Assembly: GCF_001194135.2 (NCBI RefSeq)
Contig: NC_068991.1
Coordinates: forward strand, 41,829,592 to 41,893,591
From: Octopus bimaculoides
Lineage: Eukaryota
Direction: 5' to 3'
Length of the DNA: 64,000 nt
Shown: in pieces, positions 11,086 to 23,648 of the stretch
Layout of the letters: each line of letters starts with the position of its first letter
Numbering within the stretch: position 1 is the first letter of the stretch
Made by a program: the position numbers and the translations under genes
The notes under the pieces: generated by a model
What the model saw: only the letters and a program-made list of their open reading frames with translations
Database searches by the model: none
What the model was told of the DNA's origin: nothing

Positions 11086-14048
11086 TAGGGACAGCATAGG
11101 GTGTCCACAATTCCACATAGTCGGCTACACAGACCACAAATTCCTGATCTGTACACTCGACTTAGATAGGCTACATAGACTGGGTCCTGGTTACTGGAAG
11201 CTAAACGCATCATTAACGGCGTGCAAAGCTTACAGAGACCGGATAGTTTATTAGTTAAGCGGGCGTTGATGGGGACAATCATCAATAACAACTGGTGGTT
11301 TGCTCTCAAGAGGGCAATTAGAGCAGAATCGATTAGGTTTAGTAAGGCTGTAGAACGAAAGAAAACAGAGCGGGATTTAGTTAGAAAACTAGACGAGGCT
11401 CTTAGGACAGGCATTGCAACTGACGTGTCGGCGGTCGGGTTGGCTCTCGACCAACACTTCGACGCCAAACACGAAGGCTGCGTTGTCAGAGCTAAGGCAT
11501 ATTTGGTAAGCGGGAAGGGGACTAAGGTCGCTCGATGGGCCCGCGTGGCGGAGGCGAAGCGTGGCAACAAAGCGACCATTCGGTCTTTAGTGGACCAGAA
11601 CGGGCGTGAGGTTTCCGAACCGCAGCAGATGTGTACGGCCTTTCAGTAGCACTTTGCTCGACTGTTCGGGACGAGCGGTGGGACGGACAACGGGACAGAC
11701 TTCGGTGTGTACCTGGACGGCCTGCTGCGACTCTCGGCCAACGAGGCGGAGTGCTGCGAAAGACCGATAACTGCTTTGGAAGTACAAGAAGCGATGAAAA
11801 GCTGCACGAGGGGTAGATCACCGGGTTTGGATGGTCTACCCTACGAGCTTTACATTTCAATGCCAGACTTGTTTGTGGGCCCCTTGGCAGACGTCTACTG
11901 TAACTGGCAATAAAACGGGAGAATTCCTGCATTTGTTTGCTGAGAAAGGACCCAAAAAAGGGGGACGTGATAGGGAACTTCTGGCCCATCACTCTGCTCA
12001 ATGCAGAGTTGGAGATTTTGACCAAGGTGCTACCCAAGAGGTTGGCGCTTGTCGTGGACAAGCTGATTGGCAAGGCACAGACATGCACCGTGCCGACCAG
12101 GTCTATCCACAACCTACATCTCACGCGCTACATCATAGAAAGGGTAGGGCTTTGATCAATTTAGATCAGTCTAAAGCCTTCGATAGGGTCGACCATCGAT
12201 ACTTGGCAGCTGTTCTCAAGGCAGCCGGTTTCGGTCCGGTCTTTCGCGGGTGGATCGCTGCTTTGTACAGCGGCATCTGTCGGTCATACGAGTGAACGGT
12301 CACCTTTTGGAGCCGTTCAACATCTTGCGTTCGGTTTGCTAAGGAGCCCTCTCTCCTCCCTCCTGTACGTATTGACTCTCGAGCCATTATTGCAGCAGCT
12401 GGAGGTTTTGAAGGGTGTCCCGCATGATCTGGGATGTGGAAGGAGCGTGTCTGCCTGTGCCGACGACGCCACCGTGATGGTGTCGTGTCACAGACACATC
12501 AATCTGATTGGCGAGACGCTAAGCGAATAAGAAGCGGTGACAACGCGAAAATTAACGCAGAAAAGTCTGTGGGCTTGCAACTGGGCACCTGGAGGGGCAA
12601 GTCCATGCCGTCCAACAGTGTTGTGGGACGCAGGACAGACGGTCCCGTTAAATTGCTCGGGGTCTGGTTGGGCCCGGACCTCCAGGTGGAGAAAAACTGG
12701 GACGAGGGGACGAGCAGAGTGGCCAATCTCACCCAGAAATGGGCCGAGAGGAAGCTGTCCCTGAAAGGTCGAGCGGAGGTGGTGAGCGCGTTCATCGCAT
12801 CCGTCATCTATTACCGCTTGNNNNNNNNNNNNNNNNNNNNNNNNNNNNNNNNNNNNNNNNNNNNNNNNNNNNNNNNNNNNNNNNNNNNNNNNNNNNNNNN
12901 NNNNNNNNNNNNNNNNNNNNNNNNNNNNNNNNNNNNNNNNNNNNNNNNNNNNNNNNNNNNNNNNNNNNNNNNNNNNNNNNNNNNNNNNNNNNNNNNNNNN
13001 NNNNNNNNNNNNNNNNNNNNNNNNNNNNNNNNNNNNNNNNNNNNNNNNNNNNNNNNNNNNNNNNNNNNCGTTCGTCAGACTCTCCTTTCCACAGCTCGTC
13101 TCTTTGACCGAGCAGCAATCTTGGATCAAATGTAGACCGAGAAAGGGCGCTTGGCATCTCGAGTGTCGTGAAGCTCTCACCGCCCTCCGCCATGCGGGCA
13201 ATGCGATCGGTAATAGTTCCACTCTAACGTTCTATAGAGGGTTAGTACAGGGAAAGTGCGACGACGTTCTCGGGGGAAACTCTAGGCCTCGGCGACGACC
13301 AGCTAAGCAGTCTGTTTGGAAGGACTTTCGGGCTGGGGCCTATGGATAACTTCCAAAAGTTTCTCGCCTGGCAGTACCACCGAGGGGTGCTGTTCTGTAC
13401 GCACTCGTTCAGTGCCCGAGTATTGCTGACCTGTGAGTTTATGTCGAACAGCTACTGTCGCGTGTAGGTCAGATCCGGCTATCAGCTGAATCCATTGTGA
13501 AGATTGCCCTGCCGACCTCCTTTAACCGGGAGGGCAAGGCAACTTTCAATTGTCTGGTAGCTGTAACGAAAGAGGTGGTATGGTGGACCCGTTTGAAAGG
13601 GCTAAAGTCAGACACTTTCCTCTTTGGTCAAGGCCTCATCAACTTTTTCAAGTTCCACTTGAAAAGGAAGGTGAGAGTAGAGAAGGAAGTGTTGGCTCGT
13701 AGTAAATTTGTTGAAAGGTGGGTGAATGTCGGCAAAATGGCCAGTATGAACGGACCAGTTCTAAGATTACACCTGTAAAAAAGGAGGAATATAAAGGGAG
13801 AAGTGGCTCTCTCCCCGTTTGACCAGGATCCCGTGGCTTTTATGGGTTTTTCCAAGAGTAACCTTTCAAAGCGCCTCCCCCTATTGGGAGTTTTACATGT
13901 TATATTTTTCTCTGTTATTTCAATGTTTACACGGACCTCTTTCTCTTTGCAAGACCCTTTGTTTTTCATCGTCCTGTATTTGTCCTTACATATTTTGATT
14001 TATATTAGCCCTTGTGGCCAATAAAACCAGAATTAATTATTATTATTA
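11086..14048 (+). mobile_element. 5'-truncated L1/Tx1-like LINE, copy 2
   Basis: Starts in the APE domain (DSIGCPQFHIVGYTDHKF, GYWKLN); RT SPGLDGLP, LDQSKAFD and CADD (12456-12467); 3' end CCTTGTGGCCAATAAAA...ATTATTATT; homologous to copy 1. Confidence 0.92.
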
Positions 14049-14049
14049 C

Positions 14050-14262
14050 GTTGTCGAGCTAGCAGAATGCTTAAAGCGCCCAAAAAATGCTTCGCTGTAT
14101 TTATTCCAGCTCTTTATGTTCTGTGTTCAAATCCTACTTAGGTTAACTTCGCTTTTCCTGCCACCGGGATGGATGAAATAAGTACCAGTCAAGTACTGGG
14201 TCGACAGCGTCGACAAACGCTATCCCCTCAAATCGGCTGGCCTTGTGCGTAAATCAAAAACA
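14050..14262 (+). mobile_element. Diverged SINE family A copy
   Basis: GAGCTAGCAGAATG head, GTTCAAATCC, AATAAGTACCAG, GGCCTTGTG tail. Confidence 0.75.
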
Positions 14263-14974
14263 ATTGCTGCTGCTATTGCTGTTGCTGCTGCTGTTGTTGC
14301 TGTTGTTGTTGTTATTGTTGAGGNNNNNNNNNNNNNNNNNNNNNNNNNNNNNNNNNNNNNNNNNNNNNNNNNNNNNNNNNNNNNNNNNNNNNNNNNNNNN
14401 NNNNNNNNNNNNNNNNNNNNNNNNNNNNNNNNNNNNNNNNNNNNNNNNNNNNNNNNNNNNNNNNNNNNNNNNNNNNNNNNNNNNNNNNNNNNNNNNNNNN
14501 NNNNNNNNNNNNNNNNNNNNNNNNNNNNNNNNNNNNNNNNNNNNNNNNNNNNNNNNNNNNNNNNNNNNNNNNNNNNNNNNNNNNNNNNNNNNNNNNNNNN
14601 NNNNNNNNNNNNNNNNNNNNNNNNNNNNNNNNNNNNNNNNNNNNNNNNNNNNNNNNNNNNNNNNNNNNNNNNNNNNNNNNNNNNNNNNNNNNNNNNNNNN
14701 NNNNNNNNNNNNNNNNNNNNNNNNNNNNNNNNNNNNNNNNNNNNNNNNNNNNNNNNNNNNNNNNNNNNNNNNNNNNNNNNNNNNAATTGCGAATAATCTA
14801 GTTTGGTGGTCAATGAACTCTCGCGAAATATAACGCAGCAATATACACCAGAATGCAGTGACCAAACAAATATAGGAAAAACACCTTTTGTTAAGTGATT
14901 AATTCATTTTTTTTTTTACTTCGTGCTTGAGTGGTTGAGGGCGTTCATATGAAAATAGCAAGTTTTCACGAGAA

Positions 14975-15177
14975 ATATTGGTTTCTAATGTAGGTACAAG
15001 GCCAGTAATTTCGGGAAAAGGGGTAAGTGATACACTGTTAGTTATTTTATCGACCCCGAAAGGATGAAAGGCAGAGTCGACCCCCAGTGGATTTTGAACG
15101 TAGGACGTAAAGACAGACAAAATGCCGCCGAGCGTTTAGCCCGGCGTGCTAAAAATTCAGCCAGCTCGCCGCCTTCC
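14975..15177 (-). mobile_element. SINE family A
   Basis: ATCGACCCCGAAAGGATGAAAGGC and CCAGCTCGCCGCCTT on the + strand. Confidence 0.85.
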
Positions 15178-15657
15178 CAATGAGAAATATTAATATTCTT
15201 ATAAAAGCAATCTCTAATACGAGAACAATGAAACCCCTGGGTAATGGTTGGTTCACTCAAAGTCAAATAAATATATTTGAAACGTATTACTTTCACACGT
15301 CACCCGACATGTTTATCGATATGGATGCTTACCTGCATTACTCCACCCATGAGAGGGCTGCATGGTTTAGTAATATAATACATTCGCTGCAGGTTCTGTT
15401 TCCTTTGTTTTTCTTATTCGTTTTTGCTTCCTGCCACTTGTTTGATAAGTATGTAATATTGTTTACACCGTCCTCTATCACTGAATAAATGTCAGGCATA
15501 CAAACTCAGAAACTCAGGCAAACCATAAGGAAAACATTAATATATACATACGCTCACATACATTCTTACATATCTGAGTATCTCTACATGAATATATGTA
15601 TATATGTGTGTGCGTGTGCGCATGTGCGCGAGTGTATGTATGCATGTATGTATGTGT

Positions 15658-15659
<2 letters not shown>

Positions 15660-15693
<34 letters not shown>

Positions 15694-15776
15694 TACACAC
15701 ACACCCACACACACAAACATACACACCCACCCACACACACTCTCTCTCTCTCCCCCTCTCTCTCTTTTTCCTTCTC

Positions 15777-15841
<65 letters not shown>
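15660..15841. repeat. Compound (CA)n/(CT)n microsatellite
   Basis: Direct reading. Confidence 0.95.
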
Positions 15842-15842
<1 letters not shown>

Positions 15843-16124
15843 TCTAATATAGATGTATGTAACAGCTGAACGGGTTTAATGTTGCACACCACAGCATGGT
15901 AGCATAAAACTAGCGTGGTATATCATCTAAAGATATTCTGCACTATAATGATTTATCAAAGAACCACCAGGCCTCATACTTACTGAGGCAATGGAATGCT
16001 GCGCCGTTTATATTTTTCGAAGGACATCAGTAATATATGGGATATGCAGCAGCTTTATCTGGGAATGATACCCGAATTACTGCGTCGGCTAGTTGGAGCT
16101 TACTTTTATCCTGTCAATAATAAC

Positions 16125-16186
<62 letters not shown>

Positions 16187-16209
16187 CAACAGCAGCAGCA
16201 GCAGCAGCC

Positions 16210-16289
<80 letters not shown>

Positions 16290-16290
<1 letters not shown>

Positions 16291-16690
16291 ATACAGATTT
16301 GCTAAGCGAAATCGAAAAGATGTGGCATCTCAAGACGGTTACAATACCAATAATTTTAGCACTTGGAATGTTCAAAAAAGGAACTGAAAATTACTTAAGA
16401 ATGATCCCTGGCTTACCATCCATACAGAAAGTGCAAAAGATTGTCTTAACTGGTGCGTCACACGTATTGAGAAGAGCATTGTCGCTGTGAATTTTTTTTC
16501 CCTTTTTTCCCCTTTATTTATTTTATTTTTCTCTGTCTTTCTTCCCCTTTTTCTCTGTCACATGACTTTGTAAATGGACAATTTGGTGTGTTTATTTTAA
16601 TGGCCTGCCAATGTATACCGTGCGTTTCTCTGCTCTAGGTCTCAGGAAGACACTCGGCAAGAAATGGAAACAGAATTGAAAGAAGATGAT
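16290..16690 (+). mobile_element. 3' fragment of an R4/Dong-type element (RLE C-terminus and 3'UTR)
   Basis: EIEKMWHLKTVTIPIILALG...QKIVLTGASHVLRRALSL*; preceded by (AGT)n/(AGC)n, followed by (AAT)n. Confidence 0.85.
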
Positions 16691-16706
16691 AATGAAAATA
16701 ATGATG

Positions 16707-16752
<46 letters not shown>

Positions 16753-16768
16753 TAATAATAATAATAAT

Positions 16769-16962
16769 GGCTGAAGTTCAAAAGATAGTGCTCATGGGAA
16801 CTGCCCATATCCTACGTAAAATACTGTCTATGTGATCTCAAATTTTAAAGCAAACACATAATTTTTTTATGGTTTCTTAAACATTCACTTGAACAAAACT
16901 GTACAAATCCAAATATATGGTACCCTAGGCATAACACCTACATGAACTTCTAACTTGTTGTC
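16769..16962 (+). mobile_element. 3' fragment of a second R4/Dong family inserted in (AAT)n
   Basis: AEVQKIVLMGTAHILRKILSM* directly after (AAT)n; runs into a gap that ends in (AAT)n. Confidence 0.8.
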
Positions 16963-17789
16963 NNNNNNNNNNNNNNNNNNNNNNNNNNNNNNNNNNNNNN
17001 NNNNNNNNNNNNNNNNNNNNNNNNNNNNNNNNNNNNNNNNNNNNNNNNNNNNNNNNNNNNNNNNNNNNNNNNNNNNNNNNNNNNNNNNNNNNNNNNNNNN
17101 NNNNNNNNNNNNNNNNNNNNNNNNNNNNNNNNNNNNNNNNNNNNNNNNNNNNNNNNNNNNNNNNNNNNNNNNNNNNNNNNNNNNNNNNNNNNNNNNNNNN
17201 NNNNNNNNNNNNNNNNNNNNNNNNNNNNNNNNNNNNNNNNNNNNNNNNNNNNNNNNNNNNNNNNNNNNNNNNNNNNNNNNNNNNNNNNNNNNNNNNNNNN
17301 NNNNNNNNNNNNNNNNNNNNNNNNNNNNNNNNNNNNNNNNNNNNNNNNNNNNNNNNNNNNNNNNNNNNNNNNNNNNNNNNNNNNNNNNNNNNNNNNNNNN
17401 NNNNNNNNNNNNNNNNNNNNNNNNNNNNNNNNNNNNNNNNNNNNNNNNNNNNNNNNNNNNNNNNNNNNNNNNNNNNNNNNNNNNNNNNNNNNNNNNNNNN
17501 NNNNNNNNNNNNNNNNNNNNNNNNNNNNNNNNNNNNNNNNNNNNNNNNNNNNNNNNNNNNNNNNNNNNNNNNNNNNNNNNNNNNNNNNNNNNNNNNNNNN
17601 NNNNNNNNNNNNNNNNNNNNNNNNNNNNNNNNNNNNNNNNNNNNNNNNNNNNNNNNNNNNNNNNNNNNNNNNNNNNNNNNNNNNNNNNNNNNNNNNNNNN
17701 NNNNNNNNNNNNNNNNNNNNNNNNNNNNNNNNNNNNNNNNNNNNNNNNNNNNNNNNNNNNNNNNNNNNNNNTAATAATAATAATAATAA

Positions 17790-17820
<31 letters not shown>

Positions 17821-17929
17821 AAGAAGAAGAAGAAGAAGAAGAAGAAGAAGAAGAAGAAGAAGAAGAAAGAAAGAAAGAAAGAAAGAAAGAAGGAAAGAAA
17901 GAAAGAAAGAAAGAAAGGAAAAAGAAAGA

Positions 17930-18830
17930 ACTTGGATATTAGATAGATTACAAGAAGGCTTACAACAATGTGCCATACTGTTGGCATACTATGGTGCTTG
18001 AGGATGATCGGAGGCATTTAAGAAATAAACATATCTTTAAAAAAAGCAACGAGAGCTTGGAAAGCAGAAGTAACATGCGCAATGGAATCGTTGGGGAATG
18101 TTAAAATACGCATGGGTATATCTCAGGAAGACTCGCTCTCCCTTTTATGTTTCGTTTCGTCATTGTATTAATCTCACTGATAAGTATACTGGGAAAATTC
18201 AGGCCTGCCTATGAATTTGACGAAGCCAAAGTGAAAATAAATCACATGCATTATATGAATGACCTCAAATTGCATGCTTTAAGTGAAAAGAGACCAAAAT
18301 TTTCTTATCCAAACAGTAAAAGTTTTATCAAGGGTACTGGGATGCAGTTTGAGTTAAATAAGTGTGCTGTGTTAATTATGAAGCGAGGCCGAAAGATAGA
18401 CTCTGAAGGTATAAAATCAGCACAAGACACTATCATTAGATTGTTGAGAAATAATGAATGACACAAGTAACTAAGGGTGCAGGAAGAAGATAGGAAAATG
18501 GAAGAAGGAACGAGAGAGAAATATTCAAAGAATACAAAAGAAAAATTAGGGAGGTGCTCAAAAGAAAATAAAACGGAGGGAATATAATTAAAGCAGTAAA
18601 TACGTGGGCCCTGGCAGTATTAAGATACTCTGCTCTTTTTTCTAAAATGGAAGTAGATACAGATACATAACCTAGATAAAAGAATTAGGAAATTGCTCCC
18701 AATGCATAACCCGTACTACCCTAAAAGTAATATCGATAGACTCTGCCTATTAAGAAAGGAAGGAGGTCGAGTATTGCTAAACTCAGAAGGCACCGTTTGT
18801 ACTGCGATATTGAAGTCTGAAAAACTATGT
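17930..18830 (+). mobile_element. Decayed R4/Dong RT-region fragment
   Basis: DYKKAY remnant, INHMHYMNDLKL, KCAVLIMKRG, NGGNIIKAVNTWA, SNIDRLCLLRKEGGR. Confidence 0.8.
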
Positions 18831-18852
18831 TGTACATAGTAAAGAAAGAATA

Positions 18853-18965
18853 TTATCGAGCAGAAACGTGGCCTCTCACGAAGGCCCTGGAAAAGAGGAT
18901 CGATGGCTTCGATAGTAAAGCCCTGAGAATCATCGAGAACATCAGATGGTAACATCACATTTCCA
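18853..18965 (+). mobile_element. RTE-clade LINE ORF2 fragment
   Basis: YRAETWPLTKALEKRIDGFDSKALRIIENIRW*HHIS resembles the post-RT YG.ETW...F..RCLR.IL.I.W motif. Confidence 0.7.
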
Positions 18966-20299
18966 TGTATTGTAACCTGCTGAGCACAAAATTCGTTCGT
19001 GAACACTTTTTGCATTGGACGCAGCAAAAACTGCATTCTGAGTCCTCTGGGAAACCTGCTCTATAATGTGAAAAACAACTTTTGTGGTTTTAAACAATCT
19101 CCTATAAGTTCAATGTCTTTTTAAATCTGATCCAAAATCCTCTCTTTTTGCAGCACATCATCATTATTTCAGAACGCCAGTTTTAATCACAGGGACATGT
19201 TGTTTATTCACAGAGATACAACTCTAATGTCGTTCCTTGGAAGGGAAGGTTTTATATGCCCTTTGTTTCAGTTCAATTGTTTTTCTCTTGCTTTTATTTT
19301 TCTGTCTCCGAAAGTTTAATCCAATGATCTGTCCTTCATTTGCATTTCATATGATAATTTTGGGGGATGCAAATATTAAGAGAAGTTGTCCTGGTTTACT
19401 TGGTAATTGACTCCTGGTTGTCGGTTTTGCGAGTTGAAAACAGTTAGTTTTCCCGTCGCCCTCCAAGCTGTAAATGGAGATGTGACTTGCCGTGCTATTG
19501 AAACAGAAGCATTCGGGACCAGCTGTTGTTGCTTGCTCTACTGCTCTCTTTTTCTTCACTTCACAAGTTCTCCAGGGAAGATAACTCTCAGATAGCTTTT
19601 ACTCCTTCAGGTATAGCCGCTAGGCTTGCAGCCTTTCATCATTAGTCACATGTCCTTTTCTTTTGCTTTCTAAGTAGGTCAAAGCGCCAATAGTGTTTTG
19701 TGACCTTCTAATGTTATTAAGACATCTATTCCATTCAGACCCCCCCCCCACCGATCGCATGCCGTCTTTTATTACCTCGGCATTCCCCTTTGTCTATGTT
19801 GTAGCACAATGGTAATGACGAGCCAATATCCTTGACGGTAATATTCGCACTTCATCGATCCAAGCGTTGCAGCAGCAGTATAGAGGTTTATGTACGACAT
19901 ACCAGCTCGGTTTGCTTTTACGCTAAAGCTTTTAGTCCCGTAGGGCTTTGCATGATCGATAGAGGAGACATCTCCCAACACTTCAGCCGTGTCTAACTTT
20001 TTTTGTTCTTTATGAGGAATGACGATGCAAAAGGGGGTAAATTTCCTTGTCACAAGCTCTTGAATGAAAGGTTCTGGCAAAGAGTTGGTTCATAACTCTG
20101 CCAAATGAATTTTTCTCAGCTAACTGCTCCATCAAAATCTGTCTGTGACTGGCAGCGTCAGCAAAGCTAAAATTGCTCTTCTTCACTATTTTATTTGTTT
20201 ATTAAGAAATACATGTACACAGTTGTTATTGCTTTTAGTGTTGTCGTGGCTAAACATGTTATAAGAATTATTCACATTACAGTTATTGCGTAAGAAAAT

Positions 20300-20455
20300 G
20301 TTTCTTTTGGCACAAGGCCAGCAGTTTATGAGGGGATTGTAAATCGATTATATCGACCCCAGTACTTGACTAGTACTTATTTTATCGCCCCGAAAAGATC
20401 AAAGGCGAAATTGGCCTCAATGCATTTGAACCCAAAACGTAGAGCCGGAAGAAAA
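20300..20455 (-). mobile_element. SINE family A fragment
   Basis: ATCGACCCCAGTACTTGACTAGTACTTATTTTATCG. Confidence 0.75.
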
Positions 20456-22629
20456 GGTGTGAATCATGTAAGCGTGTAAGCTTTGCTACAATTATTTTTT
20501 AAAATTCTATTTATTTTATGTTTTTAGTTTGTTTTAGTGCGTTCAATGCTACATTCTTTCTTTATACAACCCCTCTACGCTTTTTCAAATAAATGATGAG
20601 TTTAAAATTAAATAAATATAGAAAACTCAAACATCTTGCATACCTTTAGACAAAGGGAATAAATCCTATACTTTTGTAACGTTCTCTGAAAACAATCTTA
20701 AAAAGTCATTCGTTCAGTAAACGAATACGTTCCCATGGATCCATTTCCCTACTCTCTCTATACCTGTCTACATTTCTCTCTTTCCCTCTCTGTTACTTTA
20801 TTTTCATCTGTTTTGGTTACTCTTTTATTGCTTTACACCAGTTGGCTGTGGTCATCCAGGGATATTGCCGTACCTTCTTTTTGACCATATCCTTGCCCGA
20901 ACAACGCTGACTTGGAACTAAATAACAGCAAATATCTTTCTGTCTGTCTGTCTGTTTGTTTCTGTCTGTATGCCTGTCTCTGTTGTCTGTCTGTCTCTCT
21001 GTTACACTTTTTCTGCTATCTATTTAATTCCCTCTTTCTGTCCCAAGAGTTTTTAAATACAATATTTATATGCTGTTATTAATAGCTTTATCTACCTCAA
21101 GTTCTACAATTAAAAATGAATTACTTCTCGTTCTTCCAAAGTTTCTAAATTCTTACAGCGTAAACAATACATACATACATACATACATACATACATACAT
21201 ACATACATACTTTTTGGTGTCCCGTTCTGATTACTTTCTTAAATACTTTCTTTTAAACTGTTTTTAACATTTTCTTATTATTATCAGAGAATGTAGATAT
21301 GTATTTTAATACTTTTGTGATAACCAGTACTTAACACAACAAAGCTCATACAAAGCTTTACATTTTACTTTTGCCAATATTTTTCTAAAAAAGTGAAACC
21401 GGTCAAGTGAATAAACATCTTTAAAATTGCATTTTCAAACCTTCTTTCATATATATNNNNNNNNNNNNNNNNNNNNNNNNNNNNNNNNNNNNNNNNNNNN
21501 NNNNNNNNNNNNNNNNNNNNNNNNNNNNNNNNNNNNNNNNNNNNNNNNNNNNNNNNNNNNNNNNNNNNNNNNNNNNNNNNNNNNNNNNNNNNNNNNNNNN
21601 NNNNNNNNNNNNNNNNNNNNNNNNNNNNNNNNNNNNNNNNNNNNNNNNNNNTATATATATGTGTGTGTGTGTATGTATGTATGTATGTATGTATATGTAT
21701 ACATATATATATATATAATATATATTGTATATGTGCGTGTGTATAATATATATATATCCAAATATAAACATAAAACACATTTTAAAAAATCATAAAACTT
21801 ACATATATATGCATATGCATGCATACTTTAACATATATAGATATACATAAATAAATAAGCATAAATACATGAATACATATATTTACACTTAAATGTGCAT
21901 ACATAAACGTCTATGTATGCACACCAATGAGTCAACTGTTATTGTTATTATACATGAGGAGGACACATATATATCCCCACTCACCCACACATACATACAT
22001 ACATACATACACGTATGTATATATAAGCATTCCCGTACATACATGTTTCCTGGTACATAAGCTTTGGTTGCGTTTGGAAAGGAGGACTGATGCATTGGTT
22101 CCTATCGCTATATTTCCAGCAAATATTTGGATATTGTAAATTAACTTCATGAACTTTGTAAATCTCTGAAGAGGCCTAGAGACTCATACATGTACCTCTA
22201 TTTCATACATTTCATCTATCAATTACTCCAGCTTACTGGAGTTATATAGATAGAATGGGGCATGTCAAACTATGCTGAAACAGCTGTAAGACATTACCCC
22301 TTCTTCGGTCACCAGATGTCCTTTTTAGTTTTTAATTACTGATATGACATAATGTCATATGTGTTTGTATATTGTTTTTTTTGTTCTCTTAGTTGAAAAA
22401 TAAACAGGTAAATTGACATAATACAATGTCTGCAAGTTGATGAGTACCACATATTCCCCTCCATTTTCTTATTGCTATATAAATTAAGGGTAAAATTTCC
22501 TTTTACCCGCACCCATTTATTGCACTTGGTAAAAACACTAGTGTAATAATAACTGGGTATCCTTCCGGCAGTATATTGGATAGATATTATCCCTTAGTGG
22601 GTTGGATTCACAACTCCTTACTTTCTTGG

Positions 22630-22666
<37 letters not shown>

Positions 22667-22738
22667 CTGTTTGTGATGTCAGTGTGTGTGTATGTATGTA
22701 TGTATGTATGTATGTATGTATGTATCTTNNNNNNNNNN

Positions 22739-22775
<37 letters not shown>

Positions 22776-22980
22776 CTGTTTGTGATGTCAGTGTGTGTGT
22801 ATGTATGTATGTATGTATGTATGTATGTATGTATGTATCTTTTCCGATCCCTGTTTATAATAGGAAATTGCGGTGTTGGAATGTAAATTATTCAAATACT
22901 TTAAACAGCTAATCTTCAACATCATTCCCTGGCTATTTATTAATCAACGCTAAACTACTCAGAATGTAACTCTTACCATC

Positions 22981-23029
<49 letters not shown>

Positions 23030-23428
23030 TACCATCGTTGTCGTCATCATCATCATCACCACCACCACCACCATTTAACTATCAACATTCATCATTATCA
23101 TCAGCCAAACAGCAACGGTAGCATTCTACACCATCACTGTTATCATCATGATCATAATAATCTTCAGCAGCAGACGCAACATTAAGCATCTCCCAACCCT
23201 TTACCCTTTAGTTTCTCCGCCCTTTTACTCACCACTTCTTCATTATCATATTTCTATAATGAAATTCTGACACTTCCTTGTTGGCACACCGACATGATAT
23301 TACTTATCCAGGAGAGTGGATTACAGCTTAATTACAGAAGGTGTCGTATTCATAAAACATAGTAAAAATGTTCCATTACGATGTACTGCTAGTGAGTAGT
23401 CTTCTGTTACCGTAATATTACCAACCAC

Positions 23429-23648
23429 CAAAGATAGCGTGCTGGTAGAATCATTAACACGCCGGGCAAAATGCTTAGTGTCATTTCGTCCGTCTGTACG
23501 TTCTGAGTTCAAATTTTGTCGAGGTTGAATTTGTCTTTTATCCTTTTGGGGTCGATGAAATAAGTACCAGTTGAACACTGTGGTCGATGTAATCGAATTA
23601 TCTCCTCCGAAACTGCTGGTCTTGTGCCAAAACTTGAAATCAATATTA
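23429..23648 (+). mobile_element. SINE family A
   Basis: GCTGGTAGAATC head, GAGTTCAAAT, GGGGTCGATGAAATAAGTACCAG, CTTGTGCCAAAA tail. Confidence 0.85.

Noticed and set aside
19050-20100. Minus-strand ORF 19772-20080 and neighbouring coding-like sequence
   Set aside because: No motif I can recognise; possibly an old TE remnant, but unsupported
22630-22840. Apparent tandem duplication of about 100 bp around a 10-N gap
   Set aside because: Identical sequence on both sides of a minimal gap is typical of unmerged overlapping contig ends (assembly artefact)
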